A stretch of DNA of 45,719 nucleotides from Candidatus Nealsonbacteria bacterium. GTDB lineage: Bacteria; Patescibacteriota; Minisyncoccia; Minisyncoccales; RBG-13-42-11. The stretch covers positions 1 to 45,719 of the forward strand of contig JAHXGL010000003.1 in assembly GCA_019923655.1 (NCBI GenBank), read 5' to 3'. The notes beneath the pieces are model-generated. The model saw only the letters and a program-made list of their open reading frames with translations. It searched no databases and was not told the DNA's origin. This document shows positions 43,946 to 45,719 of this stretch, in pieces. The position numbers and the translations under genes are program-made. Position 1 is the stretch's first letter; the number at the start of each line of letters is the position of its first letter.

Positions 43946-44122
43946 TTACTTTATTAAATCATCAACGTTCACATTTAGCCCTTGGGCGATTTTCTTCAGG
44001 GTTTCAATGCGAGGGTCAGGCGTTGCGCCGGTTTCAATTTTGGTCAAATTCTTCAACTCCTTTTTTAGACGCTCAACTTCGCTTTTTAATTTTTCAACTT
44101 CTAATTGTTTATCTATCGCCAT
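43946..44122 (-). CDS. Candidate 58-aa protein: coiled-coil N-terminus plus the C-terminal part of an Xre-type HTH
   Basis: Not in the ORF track. Translation: MAIDKQLEVEKLKSEVERLKKELKNLTKIETGATPDPRIETLKKIAQGLNVNVDDLIK. The tail matches the usual Xre C-terminus (E.G...P..ETL.KIA.AL.V.VDDL). It starts 3 nt after the Fic stop. Confidence 0.45.
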   Translation of the reverse strand: MAIDKQLEVEKLKSEVERLKKELKNLTKIETGATPDPRIETLKKIAQGLNVNVDDLIK

Positions 44123-44125
44123 AAT

Positions 44126-45118
44126 TTAAGTTAGAAGATTAGTGATAATTTTTATCAAGATATTTTTATCTTTCGGGTCGCTTACGGCAATTAAAAGCGC
44201 AAGCGCAGTTAAGGCATTGTCATTTATTTTCTTTTCTCCGGTTTTTCTATAAAGAAAATTGTTGCGGTCCAAAAAATAAATAAATAAAAAAGAGGCGGTT
44301 CGCTTATTGCCGTCAACAAATGGATGGTCCTTAATCACAAAATACAAAAGATGGGCGGCTTTTTCTTCCAGTGAAGAATAAACCTCTTTTCTGTCAAATG
44401 TTTGATAAATGTTTCCTAAAATGGCTTTAAATTTTTCTTCGCTTTCTTGTCCAAACAAACTACTAGCCTCTTTTTTGTCAATCAGGTCGGTCTTTATTTT
44501 CTGAACTATTTGCTTGGCATCTTCATAAACTAAGACAAATTTCCCTTTTGTTTTTTTAATCAGCGGCAATTTTCCTTTGTCATACTGTCCTAAAATAGAA
44601 AGCGTTTTAGAGTAGTTGGCGAGCAAACTTAAAATTTCCTGTTCCTGTCCGGCAAGTAATTTATGTTTTGTCTTTTCTTGCAGAAAAGAAACAGCGCCTT
44701 GTAATTCTTTTAATTGATTTTTTGCCTGTAAAAGCCGTTTTTCATTTATGGTATAACCCTTAACTAAATGATTTTTTAACGTTTTTGTTGCCCAGATGCG
44801 GAACTGAGTAGCCCGCTTGGAATTTACCCGATAACCAACGGAAATAACGGCATCTAAATTATAAAATTGCGTTTTATAAACTTTACCATCTGCGGCAGTA
44901 TGTTCCAAAATGGAACTAACTGAATTTTTGTTTAATTCTCCTGATTTGAAAATATTATTAAGGTGTTTAGTTATTGCCGGTCTTTGGGTATCAAACAAAA
45001 TGGCTATCTGTTTTTGCATTAACCAAACAGTATCCTCCTCCAAACGAACATCTAACTTCGGTCCCTCTTTGGACTTATAAATTACAATTTTGCCCTTTGA
45101 TAATTCCTGTTTTTTCAT
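44126..45118 (-). CDS. RhuM-like N-terminal domain fused to a Doc-type Fic domain
   Basis: 330 aa. The RhuM-type N-terminus is present (LEEDTVWLMQKQIAILFDTQRPAITKHLNNIFKSGEL ... YNLDAVISVGYRVNSKRATQFRIWAT). The C-terminal Fic/Doc motif is HPFVDGNKRTA. Confidence 0.8.
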   Translation of the reverse strand: MKKQELSKGKIVIYKSKEGPKLDVRLEEDTVWLMQKQIAILFDTQRPAITKHLNNIFKSGELNKNSVSSILEHTAADGKVYKTQFYNLDAVISVGYRVNSKRATQFRIWATKTLKNHLVKGYTINEKRLLQAKNQLKELQGAVSFLQEKTKHKLLAGQEQEILSLLANYSKTLSILGQYDKGKLPLIKKTKGKFVLVYEDAKQIVQKIKTDLIDKKEASSLFGQESEEKFKAILGNIYQTFDRKEVYSSLEEKAAHLLYFVIKDHPFVDGNKRTASFLFIYFLDRNNFLYRKTGEKKINDNALTALALLIAVSDPKDKNILIKIITNLLT

Positions 45119-45392
45119 GTATATGATATTAATCCCTTATTTTTGAAACTAAAAAAATTATCTTTAGCTACAATAATGTGGTCAAATACTTCTATGCCTA
45201 AAATCTTGCCGGACTCAACTAATTTTTTAGTAATCACCAAATCGTCTTCCGATGGTTCGGGATCGCCTGATGGGTGATTATGCGCCAAAACTATTTGAGC
45301 GGCTAAATATTAACTGCTGGCTCAAATACTTCTCTTGGGTGAACTAGATTCGCATTTAGAGAGCCAATAGAAACAGTTTCTTTAATTAAGAT
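45115..45392 (-). pseudogene. RadC-like JAB-domain gene remnant, N-terminally truncated and frameshifted
   Basis: Manual translation gives ETVSIGSLNANLVHPREVFEPAVNI* and then, after a 1-nt frame shift at about 45303, AAQIVLAHNHPSGDPEPSEDDLVITKKLVESGKILGIEVFDHIIVA... (JAMM motif HNHPSG). Its TGA overlaps the Fic ATG (ATGA). Confidence 0.7.
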
Positions 45393-45475
45393 TTTATTAA
45401 ATCATCTACTCCAACGCCGAGGGCTTTGGCGATTTTTTTGTATGCTGTCTGTCCTGAACAAAATCCGAACTTTTT
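45386..45475 (-). pseudogene. Remnant of an Xre-type HTH gene (C-terminal 30 codons only)
   Basis: The frame reads KKFGFCSGQTAYKKIAKALGVGVDDLIKS* and is preceded immediately by a stop. The tail is paralogous to the 58-aa ORF at 43946-44122. Confidence 0.4.
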
Positions 45476-45510
45476 TCAAAGAAAATCCGGACGCTGACTT
45501 TTGATAATTT

Positions 45511-45660
45511 CCGCTCGGGCGGGCCCCATAGCAAAGCCTTCGGCTTGCTACGGGGCAAGCAAAAAGCAAGAATTTTTGTTTACCCCGTAGGGAAACGAAG
45601 TTTCTCCTTCGGGGCCCGCCCTCGCTTGCCCGTCCGTAGCCGAAAGGCGAAGGAGGGCTT
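45511..45660. repeat. GC-rich hairpin cluster (same CCCCGTAG...CTACGGGG family), right flank
   Basis: Hairpins at 45524-55 (ccccatagcaaagcc-ttcg-gcttgctacgggg), 45583-614 and 45618-58 (gccctc...gagggc). Confidence 0.8.
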
Positions 45661-45710
45661 TTCCGCCGCCGCCGCCGCAATTTTTCGTGCCAGCGAAGCT
45701 GGCGCACCGC
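45661..45710. repeat. 50-bp direct repeat, right copy
   Basis: 49/50 identical to 43051-43100. Confidence 0.95.
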
Positions 45711-45719
45711 ATTTTATTT

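Noticed and set aside
45402-45707. 101-aa minus-strand ORF (MRQLRWHEKLRRRRRK...)
   Set aside because: It is an arginine-rich translation of the GC-rich hairpins and the (GCC)n 50-bp repeat. The real signal there is the repeat structure plus a short Xre remnant in another frame.
1-45719. Alternative genetic code (UGA reassigned, as in some candidate phyla)
   Set aside because: Conserved genes end at TGA, TAA and TAG at their expected lengths, with no in-frame TGA inside them. The tRNA-Trp has a standard CCA anticodon, so the standard bacterial code fits.

Overview
AT-rich, very gene-dense 45.7-kb bacterial window. It holds about 55 protein genes, almost all on the minus strand from 64 to about 39.8 kb. 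Most are core housekeeping genes: leuS, lepA, def, trmD, rpsJ, tuf, fusA, gatC/gatA, proS, frr, holB, obg, rlmE, xth, rarA, rnhB, two mreB paralogs, rseP and htpX. Reading the sequence by hand added six tRNA genes (Trp, Thr, Tyr, Asp, Met, initiator Met) and an rpmG (L33) gene that the ORF track misses. The small proteins, patchy operons, missing biosynthesis genes and many salvage-type hydrolases suggest a reduced genome of the Patescibacteria/CPR kind; this is inference only. The accessory content is what stands out. (1) A hicBA toxin-antitoxin pair sits between two internally deleted ABC-transporter genes. (2) A RelE/RHH toxin-antitoxin cassette is bounded by perfect 25-bp direct repeats, and its toxin carries an in-frame GC-rich palindrome insertion. 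(3) A 2.6-kb cassette at 43.05-45.71 kb is bounded by 50-bp direct repeats and arrays of GC-rich hairpins. It carries a RhuM-Doc/Fic fusion followed by three tightly packed uncharacterised genes, preceded by RadC and Xre remnants. This is my best candidate for an undescribed conflict or toxin system. (4) A 235-nt highly structured element lies between gatC and gatA, and a near-identical second copy follows leuS. (5) Several other small repeat families are present: a UUCCAAAUC hairpin array in front of tuf and trmD, a four-copy hairpin plus TGGTAGAAT promoter cassette, heptanucleotide repeats inside essential genes, and an AAAGGTCGA motif. Start codons generally lack Shine-Dalgarno-like tracts, and several -10 boxes lie 6-11 nt from the ATG, which suggests leaderless or near-leaderless mRNAs. 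I found no rRNA, CRISPR array, transposase or integrase. All calls come from manual reading and motif recognition; no database searches were run.
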